Assembly (NCBI GenBank): GCA_964202115.1
Contig: CAXNIK010000001.1
Span: 1-48,513, forward strand
Length of the DNA: 48,513 nucleotides
Direction: 5' to 3'
Source of the DNA: Burkholderiales bacterium
Lineage (GTDB): Bacteria > Pseudomonadota > Gammaproteobacteria > Burkholderiales > SG8-39
Of the stretch, positions 7,734 through 17,345 are shown in pieces. The translations under genes and the position numbers were made by a program. The notes under the pieces were generated by a model. The model ran no database searches and was not told where the DNA came from. It saw only the letters and a program-made list of their open reading frames with translations. The stretch's first letter is position 1. The number at the start of each line of letters is the position of its first letter.

Positions 7734-8723
7734 ATGGAAATCATGAGCAACATTCAACGGATTTACGCTTTCATCTTCGTGTCGTGCTTTATGTCGTCCG
7801 CGCACGCGCAAAAGCCGGAAGGCCTGCCGGGAAATTATCCGGCCAAGACGGTCAGGATCATCATCGCCTCAAACCCCGGCGGCGCCCTGGATATCTCCGG
7901 CCGCATCGTGGGCCAGAAGCTGACTGAGAGATGGGGCACCAATTTCGTCGCGGAAAACCGCGCCGGCACCGGGATTGCGTATGACCTGGTATCAAAGGCA
8001 GCTCCCGACGGGTACACCCTGATGGTTTCTTCGACCAGCATCATGTACACGTCCTACGGGGTACTCAAGCCGTCATACGATGTCAGGACAAAATTTCCGC
8101 CCATAGCGCAATTCATCGCGGCGCCGTTCATTGTGGCCGTTACCCCTTCGTTGCCGGTCAATTCCATGAAGGAGCTGATTGCTTACGCCAAGGCAAACCC
8201 GAATGTGATCAACTATTCCTATTCCGGAATCGGCAGCGCTGCGCAGCTTGCCGGAGAACTGCTGAAGTTGATTGCCAAGGTCGACATAGTGGGGATTCCC
8301 CATAGTGGCGTCGGACCCGGATACATCGAGCAAATGGCGGGGCGCATTCATATGACTATCGGCACGGCGGCGTCGGCCATGCCGCTGGTCAGGGCCGGAA
8401 AGATTCGCGCCATTGCGGTAACGACCACCAAACGCGCCAAGGCACTCCCGGACCTCCCCGCAATTACCGAGACGCTTCCCACCTTCGACAACATTGACGT
8501 ATGGGTGGGATTGCTCGGCGTTGAAGGCATGCCGCAAAGCATGATTGCCGCCCTCAACAAGGAGGTCAACACCATCCTCCAGTTGCCGGAAGTCACCAAA
8601 GTGCTGACTGCGGACGGATCGGAAACAACGCCGACGACTCCGGAGCAATTCAGGAAGGTCATTGCCCAGGTGCTTGAATCGACGGATCGCATCGTCAGGG
8701 ATGCGGGCATCCAGCTCAAATAA
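7734..8723 (+). CDS. Bug/TctC-family periplasmic solute-binding protein
   Basis: Track ORF of 329 aa. Signal peptide ...FVSCFMSSAHAQ, then NYPAKTVRIIIASNPGGALD and PDGYTLM. The start could be 7734 or 7743. Confidence 0.88.
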   Translation: MEIMSNIQRIYAFIFVSCFMSSAHAQKPEGLPGNYPAKTVRIIIASNPGGALDISGRIVGQKLTERWGTNFVAENRAGTGIAYDLVSKAAPDGYTLMVSSTSIMYTSYGVLKPSYDVRTKFPPIAQFIAAPFIVAVTPSLPVNSMKELIAYAKANPNVINYSYSGIGSAAQLAGELLKLIAKVDIVGIPHSGVGPGYIEQMAGRIHMTIGTAASAMPLVRAGKIRAIAVTTTKRAKALPDLPAITETLPTFDNIDVWVGLLGVEGMPQSMIAALNKEVNTILQLPEVTKVLTADGSETTPTTPEQFRKVIAQVLESTDRIVRDAGIQLK

Positions 8724-8831
8724 CGTTTGGAGGCCGTTTCAGAATGAATGCCTGAAACGGCCCCTGATGTTGGGGAGCATAAGGGGGCCTGCCCCCTCAT
8801 CTTCAAACCGGTTCATATTCAGGAGAATGAA

Positions 8832-9800
8832 ATGGTAGCAACGCCCAAGCGCAAGACCACAAGACTGAAAGAGCTCTACAACCGCAAGGGCAAGCCGTTG
8901 ATCTGCATCAGCGCGCCCTCGCCCTATGCGGCGAAGATCCTGGAAGACATGGGTTACGAGTACACCTTTGCGGCAGGGGGTGTGACCGGAACGGCCATGC
9001 TGGGGATGCCTGACAACGGCACCATCGGACTCTCCGAGTTCGTGGCCATGGCCAAGCTGATTGGAGATGCCGTCAGCATCCCGGTCGCGTGCGATGTCGA
9101 TACCTGCTTTGGCGGGATATTCCACGTGGAGCGGGCCACCAGCGAGCTGATCAGGGCCGGCCTTGCCGGCATGCGCATCGAAGACCAGCCGTTTGTCGGA
9201 AAGCGGTTTGGCGGCATGGTGGGAAAAGAGGTCATCCCGGTCAAGGAGGCGGTGGCCAAATACCGCGTGGCGATCGACACGCGCAATGCCCTGGATCCGG
9301 ACTTCCAGATCATTGCGCGCTGCGAGGCGCTGACGGCATCGAACTCCAGGGGCCTGCCTGAAGCCATAGAGCGCATGCAGGCCTACAAGGAGGCGGGGGT
9401 GGATGTCCTGCATATCGAGGGGCCGAGGACCGTGGATGAAATCAAGGCCGTACGTGCGGCGGTCAAGGGGCCCTTGACCGGAAATTTCTACAACCTTCCC
9501 GATGACCTGACGCCTGAAGAGTCGGTGGAGCTGGGCCTGTGCGAGTCGCGCTATCCGGCATTGCTGTCCAGCGCGATGAATGCGGCTGCCTTTGAAATGC
9601 TGGATGCCTTCAACAAGAAGGGCTATCAGGGGGTGCGCGACTTCTTCAAGCTGTTTTCGGGAAAGATTGACCAGCGCACCATCGACATGTCGGCGCAAAA
9701 ACGTGTCCGGGAGATGGAGGAGAAGTATCTTCCGGCGGAAATGCTCGACAAATACGCGACAGTGCCGAGCGGAAGCGGAGTAATGACCGGAAATAAATAG
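8832..9800 (+). CDS. Isocitrate lyase/PEP mutase superfamily enzyme
   Basis: Track ORF 8748..9800. I prefer the ATG at 8832 (MVATPKRKTTRLKELY), preceded by CAGGAGAATGAA. Motifs CDVDTCFGG and AGMRIEDQPFVGKRFGG match the DxDTGxG / IEDQ..KR signature region. There is no KRCGH Cys, so it is not a canonical ICL/MICL. Confidence 0.75.
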   Translation: MVATPKRKTTRLKELYNRKGKPLICISAPSPYAAKILEDMGYEYTFAAGGVTGTAMLGMPDNGTIGLSEFVAMAKLIGDAVSIPVACDVDTCFGGIFHVERATSELIRAGLAGMRIEDQPFVGKRFGGMVGKEVIPVKEAVAKYRVAIDTRNALDPDFQIIARCEALTASNSRGLPEAIERMQAYKEAGVDVLHIEGPRTVDEIKAVRAAVKGPLTGNFYNLPDDLTPEESVELGLCESRYPALLSSAMNAAAFEMLDAFNKKGYQGVRDFFKLFSGKIDQRTIDMSAQKRVREMEEKYLPAEMLDKYATVPSGSGVMTGNK

Positions 9801-9839
9801 GGTCTGCCCTTTAATTTGTGGTGGATGGATGTGGGCGAT

Positions 9840-9872
9840 AAAGTCCTGCGAAGCGTAGCGAAGCAGGACTTT
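9840..9872. terminator. 10-bp perfect hairpin between convergent genes
   Basis: AAAGTCCTGC-gaagcgtagcgaa-GCAGGACTTT. The loop contains GCGAAGC twice. It lies between the stop of the PEPM-family gene (9800) and the stop of the CoA-transferase (9992). Confidence 0.45.
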
Positions 9873-9991
9873 GTAGCGCGGCCGCCAAGGGGTAGCATGA
9901 TCGGTGAAGGGGGTGTGGCCCATAGGGCCGGTCGGTTTCGTGCTGATTCACTCTGAAGTGCCGCCCCGTCATCCCCATCATCAAACCAACA

Positions 9992-11098
9992 TCAAGCCAT
10001 CACCCCAACCCTGTCCGCCACCACGAAGCGCATTTCCGTCAGCTTTGCCACCTCCTCCGCCGTGAAGCCCGGTGCGACTTCTTCCAGCACGAAGCTGCTG
10101 CCGTTCCAGCGCAACAGGGCAAGATCGGTGACGATCCAGTTGACGCAGTTGCGCGCAGTCAGCGGCAGGGTGCACTGGCGGCGCAGCTTGTGGCGGCCCT
10201 GGCTGTCGTGGTGTTCCATGACGACAATGAGGAGTGCGTTGCCGGCAACGAGATCCATGGCACCGCCCACGCCACCGAGGTTGGGGATGAGCGGCTTCGC
10301 GAAGGTCCAGTTGGCGAGGTTCGCCGATTCGTCCACTTCATAGGCACCGAGCACCACGGCATCCAGATGCCCGCCGCGGCCCATCTCGAAGGACGTGACG
10401 CTGTCAAAGAAGGAAGCCCCCGGCACCGTGGACACGAAGGCGGCACCGGCGTTGGCCACGCGCGGATCGATGGCGTTGCCGGTGAGGATTTCGCCATAAC
10501 CCAGCATGCCGTTCTCGGCATGCAGCAGCACGTCGCGCCCCTGGAGGAAATTCGATACCTGTTCGGGAATGCCTGAGCCCAGGTTGACGTAACCGCCCTC
10601 CGGGATGAGCGCGGCGGCGCGCCGGGCGATGCCCGCGCGCGTGAGAGCGGGCCTGCCCATGTAGTTGCGCGCGGCTTCTGCAGTGCGCCGGCGCGAGGGC
10701 CGTGGCGTCACTTCGCTCACCGACTGGGTGGTGCGCACGACGCGAGTGACGAAGATGCCGGGCAGGTCGATGTCATCCGGCGCCAGTTGCCCGGTCTGGA
10801 CGACTTCATCGACCTCGGCAATGGTGATGCGCGCGCACTTGGCAAAGGCGATATTCATGTTGCGCGTGGTACCGCGGAAGGCGAGGTTGCCGGCATGATC
10901 GGCACGCCAGGCGCGCACGAAGGCGAAGTCGGCAGTGATGGCCTGTTCCAGCACATGGGGCCGGCCCTCGAAGTGGCGCACCGCCTTGATCAGGTCCACC
11001 GGCCAGTTGAACTGCTGTCCGAAGCCGCCCAGCACGATGGTGGCACCGTCCTGGAGATCGGAGATGGCGGCAGCGGGGGATGCGAAGACTTTATCCAT
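9992..11098 (-). CDS. Family-I 3-oxoacid CoA-transferase: fused A-B polypeptide with an internally shortened A part
   Basis: Track ORF of 368 aa. The N-terminus MDKVFASPAAAISDLQDGATIVLGGFG and ...ADFAFVRAWRADHAGNLAFRGTTRNMN..ITIAEVDEVV resemble subunit A. The C-terminal 210 aa (GYVNLGSGIPE, LLHAENGMLGYG, LGGVGGAMDLVAG, TLPLT) resemble subunit B, including the SENG-type catalytic Glu. Confidence 0.75.
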   Translation of the reverse strand: MDKVFASPAAAISDLQDGATIVLGGFGQQFNWPVDLIKAVRHFEGRPHVLEQAITADFAFVRAWRADHAGNLAFRGTTRNMNIAFAKCARITIAEVDEVVQTGQLAPDDIDLPGIFVTRVVRTTQSVSEVTPRPSRRRTAEAARNYMGRPALTRAGIARRAAALIPEGGYVNLGSGIPEQVSNFLQGRDVLLHAENGMLGYGEILTGNAIDPRVANAGAAFVSTVPGASFFDSVTSFEMGRGGHLDAVVLGAYEVDESANLANWTFAKPLIPNLGGVGGAMDLVAGNALLIVVMEHHDSQGRHKLRRQCTLPLTARNCVNWIVTDLALLRWNGSSFVLEEVAPGFTAEEVAKLTEMRFVVADRVGVMA

Positions 11099-11147
11099 GC
11101 TGGTTGAGCCTGGTCCTGGGCCAGTCGAGGGATGAATGTCCTCCGGC

Positions 11148-12125
11148 CTAATCGATTCTGATATTCCCCGCCTTGACCACCGCCGCCCAGCGCACCGTCT
11201 CCGCCTGTATGTTCTTCGCGAATTCCTCGGGCGTGCTCGCGACGATCTCCAGTCCCTGCTTGCCCAGGGTGGAACTGCCCTCGGCGGAGGTCAGATACTT
11301 CACCGTCTCCGCATTCATGCGCGCGATGATGGCGCGCGGTGTCTTCGCCGGCGCGAGGATGCCGGTGCCCGACTGCACCTGGAACTCGGCTATGCCCGCC
11401 TCCCCAGCCGTGGGCACATCCGGCAGAGCTGCCACCCGCTTGGGCGCGCTCACCGCCAGCATCCTCAGCTTGCCCGCCTTGACGAAGGCAATGGTGGTCG
11501 GCACGCCTATGGTCATGAGGTCCACGCGTCCTGCCACCACGTCGGTGAGGGCCGGGCCGGCACCCTTGAAGGGCACATGCTGCATCTGCGTCTTTGTGAT
11601 CATGGCCAGCAGTTCCGCTGCCAGGTGATTGATGCTGCCATTGCCCGAGGAGGCAAAGGTGAGCTTGCCCGGGTTGGCACGCAGGTGGGCGATCAGGTCC
11701 TTCACCGACGCTGCCGGCACACCCGGATGAACCACGATGGCATTGGGATTCATGGCGATGGACACAATGGGCGCCAGGTCGCGCTGCGGATCGAAGCTCA
11801 TGCTGTAGAGCGCCGGGTTGATGGTGAGCTGGCTGCTGGTTGCAAAGAGCAGCGTGTAGCCGTCGGGCGCGGCGCGTACCACCTCGTAGGCGCCGATGTT
11901 GCCGTTGGCCCCGGGCCGGTTATCGATGATCACCTGCTGGCCGAACACCTGCGACAGATGGGCCACGATGGGCCGCGCGATGTTGTCATTGCCGCCGCCG
12001 GCCGCGTAGCCATTGATCATGCGCACGGGTTTGGCGGGCCAGGTCTGGGCGGCGGCGGACTGGGACAGTGTCGCGGCCAAAGTGGCCAGGCCCAGCAAGG
12101 CCAGCGTCGGGATTCTTTTCATCAT
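11148..12125 (-). CDS. Bug/TctC-family periplasmic solute-binding protein
   Basis: Track ORF of 325 aa. MMKRIPTLALLGLATLAATLSQSAAAQTWPAKPVRMI, PDGYTLL, VPFKGAGPA. A strong AAGGAGGA RBS precedes it. Confidence 0.9.
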   Translation of the reverse strand: MMKRIPTLALLGLATLAATLSQSAAAQTWPAKPVRMINGYAAGGGNDNIARPIVAHLSQVFGQQVIIDNRPGANGNIGAYEVVRAAPDGYTLLFATSSQLTINPALYSMSFDPQRDLAPIVSIAMNPNAIVVHPGVPAASVKDLIAHLRANPGKLTFASSGNGSINHLAAELLAMITKTQMQHVPFKGAGPALTDVVAGRVDLMTIGVPTTIAFVKAGKLRMLAVSAPKRVAALPDVPTAGEAGIAEFQVQSGTGILAPAKTPRAIIARMNAETVKYLTSAEGSSTLGKQGLEIVASTPEEFAKNIQAETVRWAAVVKAGNIRID

Positions 12126-12242
12126 TCCTCCTTGTTCAAATCGGGTGCCGGCATTGGCCGGACTTTATTATCAATTATGTATTCTGCTCATTTATGCTGT
12201 TACATCATTGAACAGAATGTAATCAAGCCTATACTGGCAATC

Positions 12243-12332
12243 AGCCCCCTCGCTGGCAGGCCGGCATTCCAGTCAAAGTACCGAGCCGGCTGAAGGAAGA
12301 AATTTGCAGAAAGGCCCGCCGGATAGCACCCC
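12243..12332 (-). repeat. Copy E of the repeated element: well-conserved left arm, diverged core
   Basis: Sense: GGGGTGCTATCCGGCGGGCCTTTCTGCAAAT (12302-12332) matches the left arm of copy C almost exactly. The following ~55 nt (CAGCCGGCT..TTTGACTGG..GCCGGCCTGCCAGCG) align only loosely to the core. Confidence 0.55.
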
Positions 12333-12385
12333 AAGTTCTGGGCTAATTTTGAGTTGGCACAAATGGCGTTGTGCCCAAAATTGAG

Positions 12386-13378
12386 CTATTCCTCCAGCTT
12401 GATGTCGGCGGCCTTCACCACCTTGCGCCAGCGCTCGGTCTCGGCGACGATGAGTTCGCGGAACTGCGCGGGCGTGTTACCCACCATGAAACTCCCGTCG
12501 GCTTCCAGCGCCTTGACGATCTCGGGTGTCCTCGCGGTGAGAGCGAAGTTCTCGCTCATTTTGTTCACAATGGCAGACGGCGTCCCGGCGGGAACCACAA
12601 AACCCAGCCAGCTGGAGTAGTTGTACCCTGGCACCCCCTGCTCCGCGATCGTCTGCAACTGAGGTAGCGCGTGCGTGCGCCGATCACTGGCAATGGCCAG
12701 CGCGCGCACCTTGCCGGATTTGATCAGAGGCATCAAGGTTGTGAGCGCCTCCATCGCGACGTCCACCCTGCCCGCCACCAGATCCAGGGTCGAGGGTCCT
12801 GTGCCCTTGTAATGGACGAAAGTGACTTTCGTTCCCGTGAGGTTGTGGAACCAGGAACCCGCCATGTGACCGGCGCCACCGCTTCCTGAGTCGCCGAAGT
12901 TCAGCTTTCCGGGATTGGCCCTGGCGTAAGTCAGGTATTCCTGGATGTCCTTCGCTGGTACGGAAGGATTCACCACCATGACGGCGGAGCGCACACTCAT
13001 CAGTGATATGGGCGCGAAATCGGCGATTGGATCGAAGGGCAGATTCCTCGCCGTGGCTGCCATCATGCTGAAAGTCGACGGTACGATAAGCACGGTATAG
13101 CCGTTGGGCGCCGACTTCGCCACGAAGTTGGTGCCGATGACGTTGCCAGCGCCGGGCTTGAAGTCGAGCACAAAGGACTGCCCCATCAGTTCGGACATCC
13201 TGATGATGTAGAGCCGGACCTCGCGCTCCGTCGGCCCGCCGGGCGACGTCGCAGCCACAATCTGCACCGGCCGGGAGGGAAAGTTGGCCGCCGGTTCCTG
13301 TGCCGCAGTCGGGAGCGAGACTAGCGTTGATAGCATCAAAGCAGGCAACAGCAACCCTTGCCGATTCGTCATCATCAT
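12386..13378 (-). CDS. Bug/TctC-family periplasmic solute-binding protein
   Basis: Track ORF 12386..13390 starts at a GTG that lies inside GAGGAGAG. I prefer the ATG at 13378 (MMMTNRQGLLLPALMLSTLVSLPTAAQEPAANFPSRPVQIV). APNGYTVL and HYKGTGPS motifs are present. Confidence 0.88.
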   Translation of the reverse strand: MMMTNRQGLLLPALMLSTLVSLPTAAQEPAANFPSRPVQIVAATSPGGPTEREVRLYIIRMSELMGQSFVLDFKPGAGNVIGTNFVAKSAPNGYTVLIVPSTFSMMAATARNLPFDPIADFAPISLMSVRSAVMVVNPSVPAKDIQEYLTYARANPGKLNFGDSGSGGAGHMAGSWFHNLTGTKVTFVHYKGTGPSTLDLVAGRVDVAMEALTTLMPLIKSGKVRALAIASDRRTHALPQLQTIAEQGVPGYNYSSWLGFVVPAGTPSAIVNKMSENFALTARTPEIVKALEADGSFMVGNTPAQFRELIVAETERWRKVVKAADIKLEE

Positions 13379-13446
13379 GGCTCTCCTCACTTGGATGGAT
13401 CTATGGCGAATTACCCCGGGATATTACTCCCGGAGGGACTGATGCG

Positions 13447-13514
13447 AGGGACAGGAAATCCAAGGGGCTTTCGGGGACTATGACTGGCGCCGGGTGCAGC
13501 AGCCAATCGATTCG
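13447..13514 (-). repeat. Copy D of the repeated upstream element
   Basis: Sense: CGAATCGATTGGCTGCTGCACCCGGCGCCAGTCATAGTCCCCGAAAGCCCCTTGGATTTCCTGTCCCT. The palindrome here is AATCGATT. In the hairpin arm, C>T creates a G.U pair rather than a mismatch. Confidence 0.8.
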
Positions 13515-13585
13515 CGCGGCCTCACCGCCTCCACTTTGAACTCATCGGTGTACTGGCTGTCAGGTACGGACTCTTTTTTGCTCAT
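13478..13585 (-). mobile_element. IS3-family OrfA (transposase N-terminal) stump
   Basis: Hand translation from ATG 13585 gives MSKKESVPDSQYTDEFKVEAVR PRESIGCCTRRQS*. The Y(S/T)xEFKxEAVR motif is the hallmark start of IS3-family OrfA proteins. The reading runs into repeat copy D after ~22 codons. Confidence 0.5.
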
Positions 13586-13769
13586 TGTGGCGCCCGTTCA
13601 TCAGAAATTTACCTCCAATCTGATGTGCGCGAAACTATGGCAAGATCAGAATTGAGCCAGAAGACCGAGGTTTAGCGCTCCCCTTGCCACTGTACCCGGA
13701 GACAGGCGTTGATCCTTACACCAGCGCATTTCAAGCGGCCGTAATCATTTTCGAAAATTGGGGCATGAC

Positions 13770-15452
13770 ATGACCGACACTGATCCTGTGGAACAAAAGA
13801 CCAATAGACACAATGAGAAATTCCCTGCCGGAATATTCACGGAATTGATGCCGGGCGAATCCAATTTCGCGCCGCTCAGCCCGATATCGTTTCTGCGACG
13901 TTCCGCGGACCTGTACCCAGGGCATACCGCCGTGATCCACGGCGAAACCAGGATCACCTATGCGCAATTCCTTGCGCGCGCAAGGCGCCTGGCGTCCGCA
14001 CTGCAAAAATCCGGGGTTCGGCCTGGCGACGTTGTATCGGTCATGCTGCCCAATGTCCCGGCGATGCTGGATGCCCATTTCGGCATTCCCATGCTGGGCG
14101 CGGTGCTGAATACGATCAACACCCGCCTTGACGCCGACACCATTGCCTACATTCTCGACCATTGCGAAGCAAAGGTATTCATCGTTGACAGCATGTTCGC
14201 TGACGCGGCGGGCAAAGCACTGCGCATGATCGACAGGAAGATCCTGGTGATCGGCAACGATGACCCGGCGCACAAGGGTGACAAGGAACGCCTTGGGTCA
14301 ATTCAGTATGAGGAGTTTATCGACGGAGGAGATCCCGAGTTCATCTGGGCCCTGCCGGAAAATGAATCATCACCCATTGCCCTCAACTATACGTCGGGGA
14401 CCACGGGCCGGCCCAAGGGCGTGGTCTATCACCACCGGGGCGCCTATCTCAATACGATTGGAAACATCATTGGATGGCCGTTGCCAAGAAAAGCGGTTTA
14501 CCTCTGGACACTGCCGATGTTTCACTGCAACGGCTGGTGCTATCCCTGGTCCGTGACGGCGGTCGGCGGGACCCACGTCTGTCTGAGGGCGGTGGACCCT
14601 GCGGTCATTTTTTCGATGATTGTCGAGAACAACGTCACCCACATGTGTGGCGCTCCCACCGTGCTCACGATGCTGACTGGCGCGCCAGCGCAGGACAAGC
14701 GCGCATTTGCCCGCGTCGTTGACATCCAGACCGGGGGCGCCGCGCCGCCTGCCAAGGTAATCAAGGCAATGGAAGAAAACGGATTTCGCGTTACGCACAT
14801 TTATGGCATGACCGAGCTTCACGGCATCTCCACGCTGTGCGAACCCCAGGAGGCATGGAACGGCATGTCAATCGAGGAACGGGCGACCCAGATGGCGCGC
14901 CAGGGCGTTGGCAATGCCACTCTGGAAGGACACATCGTGGGAGACCCGGCGACTTGCGTCCCTGTGCCCAGGGATGGCAAGACCATCGGCGAAATTCTGG
15001 TAAAGGGCAATACCGTCATGCTGGGGTACCTGAAGGATCCGGCTGCCACCGCGGAAGCCTTCGCAGGCGGATGGATGCACACGGGTGATCTGGCTGTGTA
15101 CCATCCCAATGGCTTTGTGGAAATAAAGGACCGCAAGAAAGATGTCATCATTTCCGGCGGCGAGAATATTTCCAGCATCGAGGTCGAGATCGCCTTGTAC
15201 CGGCATGAGGCAGTGGCGCTCGCGGCCGTGGTAGCCCGGCCTGACGAGAAGTGGGGAGAGACCCCGTGTGCCTTCGTGCAACTCAAGCCCGGTGTAAGTG
15301 CTACAGAGGCCGAGCTTATTGCCTTCTGCAGGGAAAATATTGCGCACTTCAAGGCGCCAAAAACCGTGGTATTTGGCGCGCTACCGGTCACCTCCACGGG
15401 CAAGATCCAGAAGTACGCTCTTCGAGAGAGGGCAAAAAAACTCCCAGCCTGA
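13770..15452 (+). CDS. AMP-forming acyl-CoA synthetase (medium-chain / AMP-acid ligase II type)
   Basis: Track ORF 13758..15452, with an in-frame ATG at 13770. AMP-binding motifs LNYTSGTTGRPKGV, THIYGMTE, GWMHTGDLA and IKDRKKDVIISGGENI, with C-terminal GKIQKYALR. Confidence 0.9.
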   Translation: MTDTDPVEQKTNRHNEKFPAGIFTELMPGESNFAPLSPISFLRRSADLYPGHTAVIHGETRITYAQFLARARRLASALQKSGVRPGDVVSVMLPNVPAMLDAHFGIPMLGAVLNTINTRLDADTIAYILDHCEAKVFIVDSMFADAAGKALRMIDRKILVIGNDDPAHKGDKERLGSIQYEEFIDGGDPEFIWALPENESSPIALNYTSGTTGRPKGVVYHHRGAYLNTIGNIIGWPLPRKAVYLWTLPMFHCNGWCYPWSVTAVGGTHVCLRAVDPAVIFSMIVENNVTHMCGAPTVLTMLTGAPAQDKRAFARVVDIQTGGAAPPAKVIKAMEENGFRVTHIYGMTELHGISTLCEPQEAWNGMSIEERATQMARQGVGNATLEGHIVGDPATCVPVPRDGKTIGEILVKGNTVMLGYLKDPAATAEAFAGGWMHTGDLAVYHPNGFVEIKDRKKDVIISGGENISSIEVEIALYRHEAVALAAVVARPDEKWGETPCAFVQLKPGVSATEAELIAFCRENIAHFKAPKTVVFGALPVTSTGKIQKYALRERAKKLPA

Positions 15453-15648
15453 TCTATTCTCACCGCTCAAAGATCAGACCGTGGATTCACCGATGCAATA
15501 CAAGTCAAGCCTGGAAGATGGAACACGTCGCCCCAGCATCGGGCTGCAGCGTGGCTGTTGCGCCGGGCTCAATGCGGGAACCCCATGCAGACCGGGTTGA
15601 CAGGGCAGGCCTGGCAGACCAGGCAGAAAATAACGCGGAGCCGACATC

Positions 15649-17253
<1,605 letters not shown>

Positions 17254-17256
17254 GCG

Positions 17257-17282
17257 CTGAAAAGTCCTCGTACTGTTTTCAG
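17257..17282 (+). other. AU-rich intercistronic hairpin between the beta and alpha subunit genes
   Basis: CTGAAAA-gtcctcgtactg-TTTTCAG, a 7-bp stem. Function is unknown. Confidence 0.3.
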
Positions 17283-17345
17283 TCGCCGCAATCGCAATTA
17301 TTTATTGCATGAAATAGCGCAAGCCAATCTGGCTGGAGCAACGCA

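Noticed and set aside
8739-9923. 394-aa minus-strand ORF
   Set aside because: It is antisense to the PEP-mutase-family gene 8832-9800. It has low-complexity Arg/Leu/His-rich composition, no RBS and no family motifs.
11136-12293. 385-aa plus-strand ORF
   Set aside because: It is antisense to the Bug gene 11148-12125, which has a signal peptide, family motifs and a strong RBS. The antisense product is Arg/Gly/His-rich and featureless.
15483-15590. 35-codon ORF (MQYKSSLEDGTRRPSIGLQRGCCAGLNAGTPCRPG) in the gap before the carboxyltransferase gene
   Set aside because: It has no RBS and no recognisable features, and it is too short to support.
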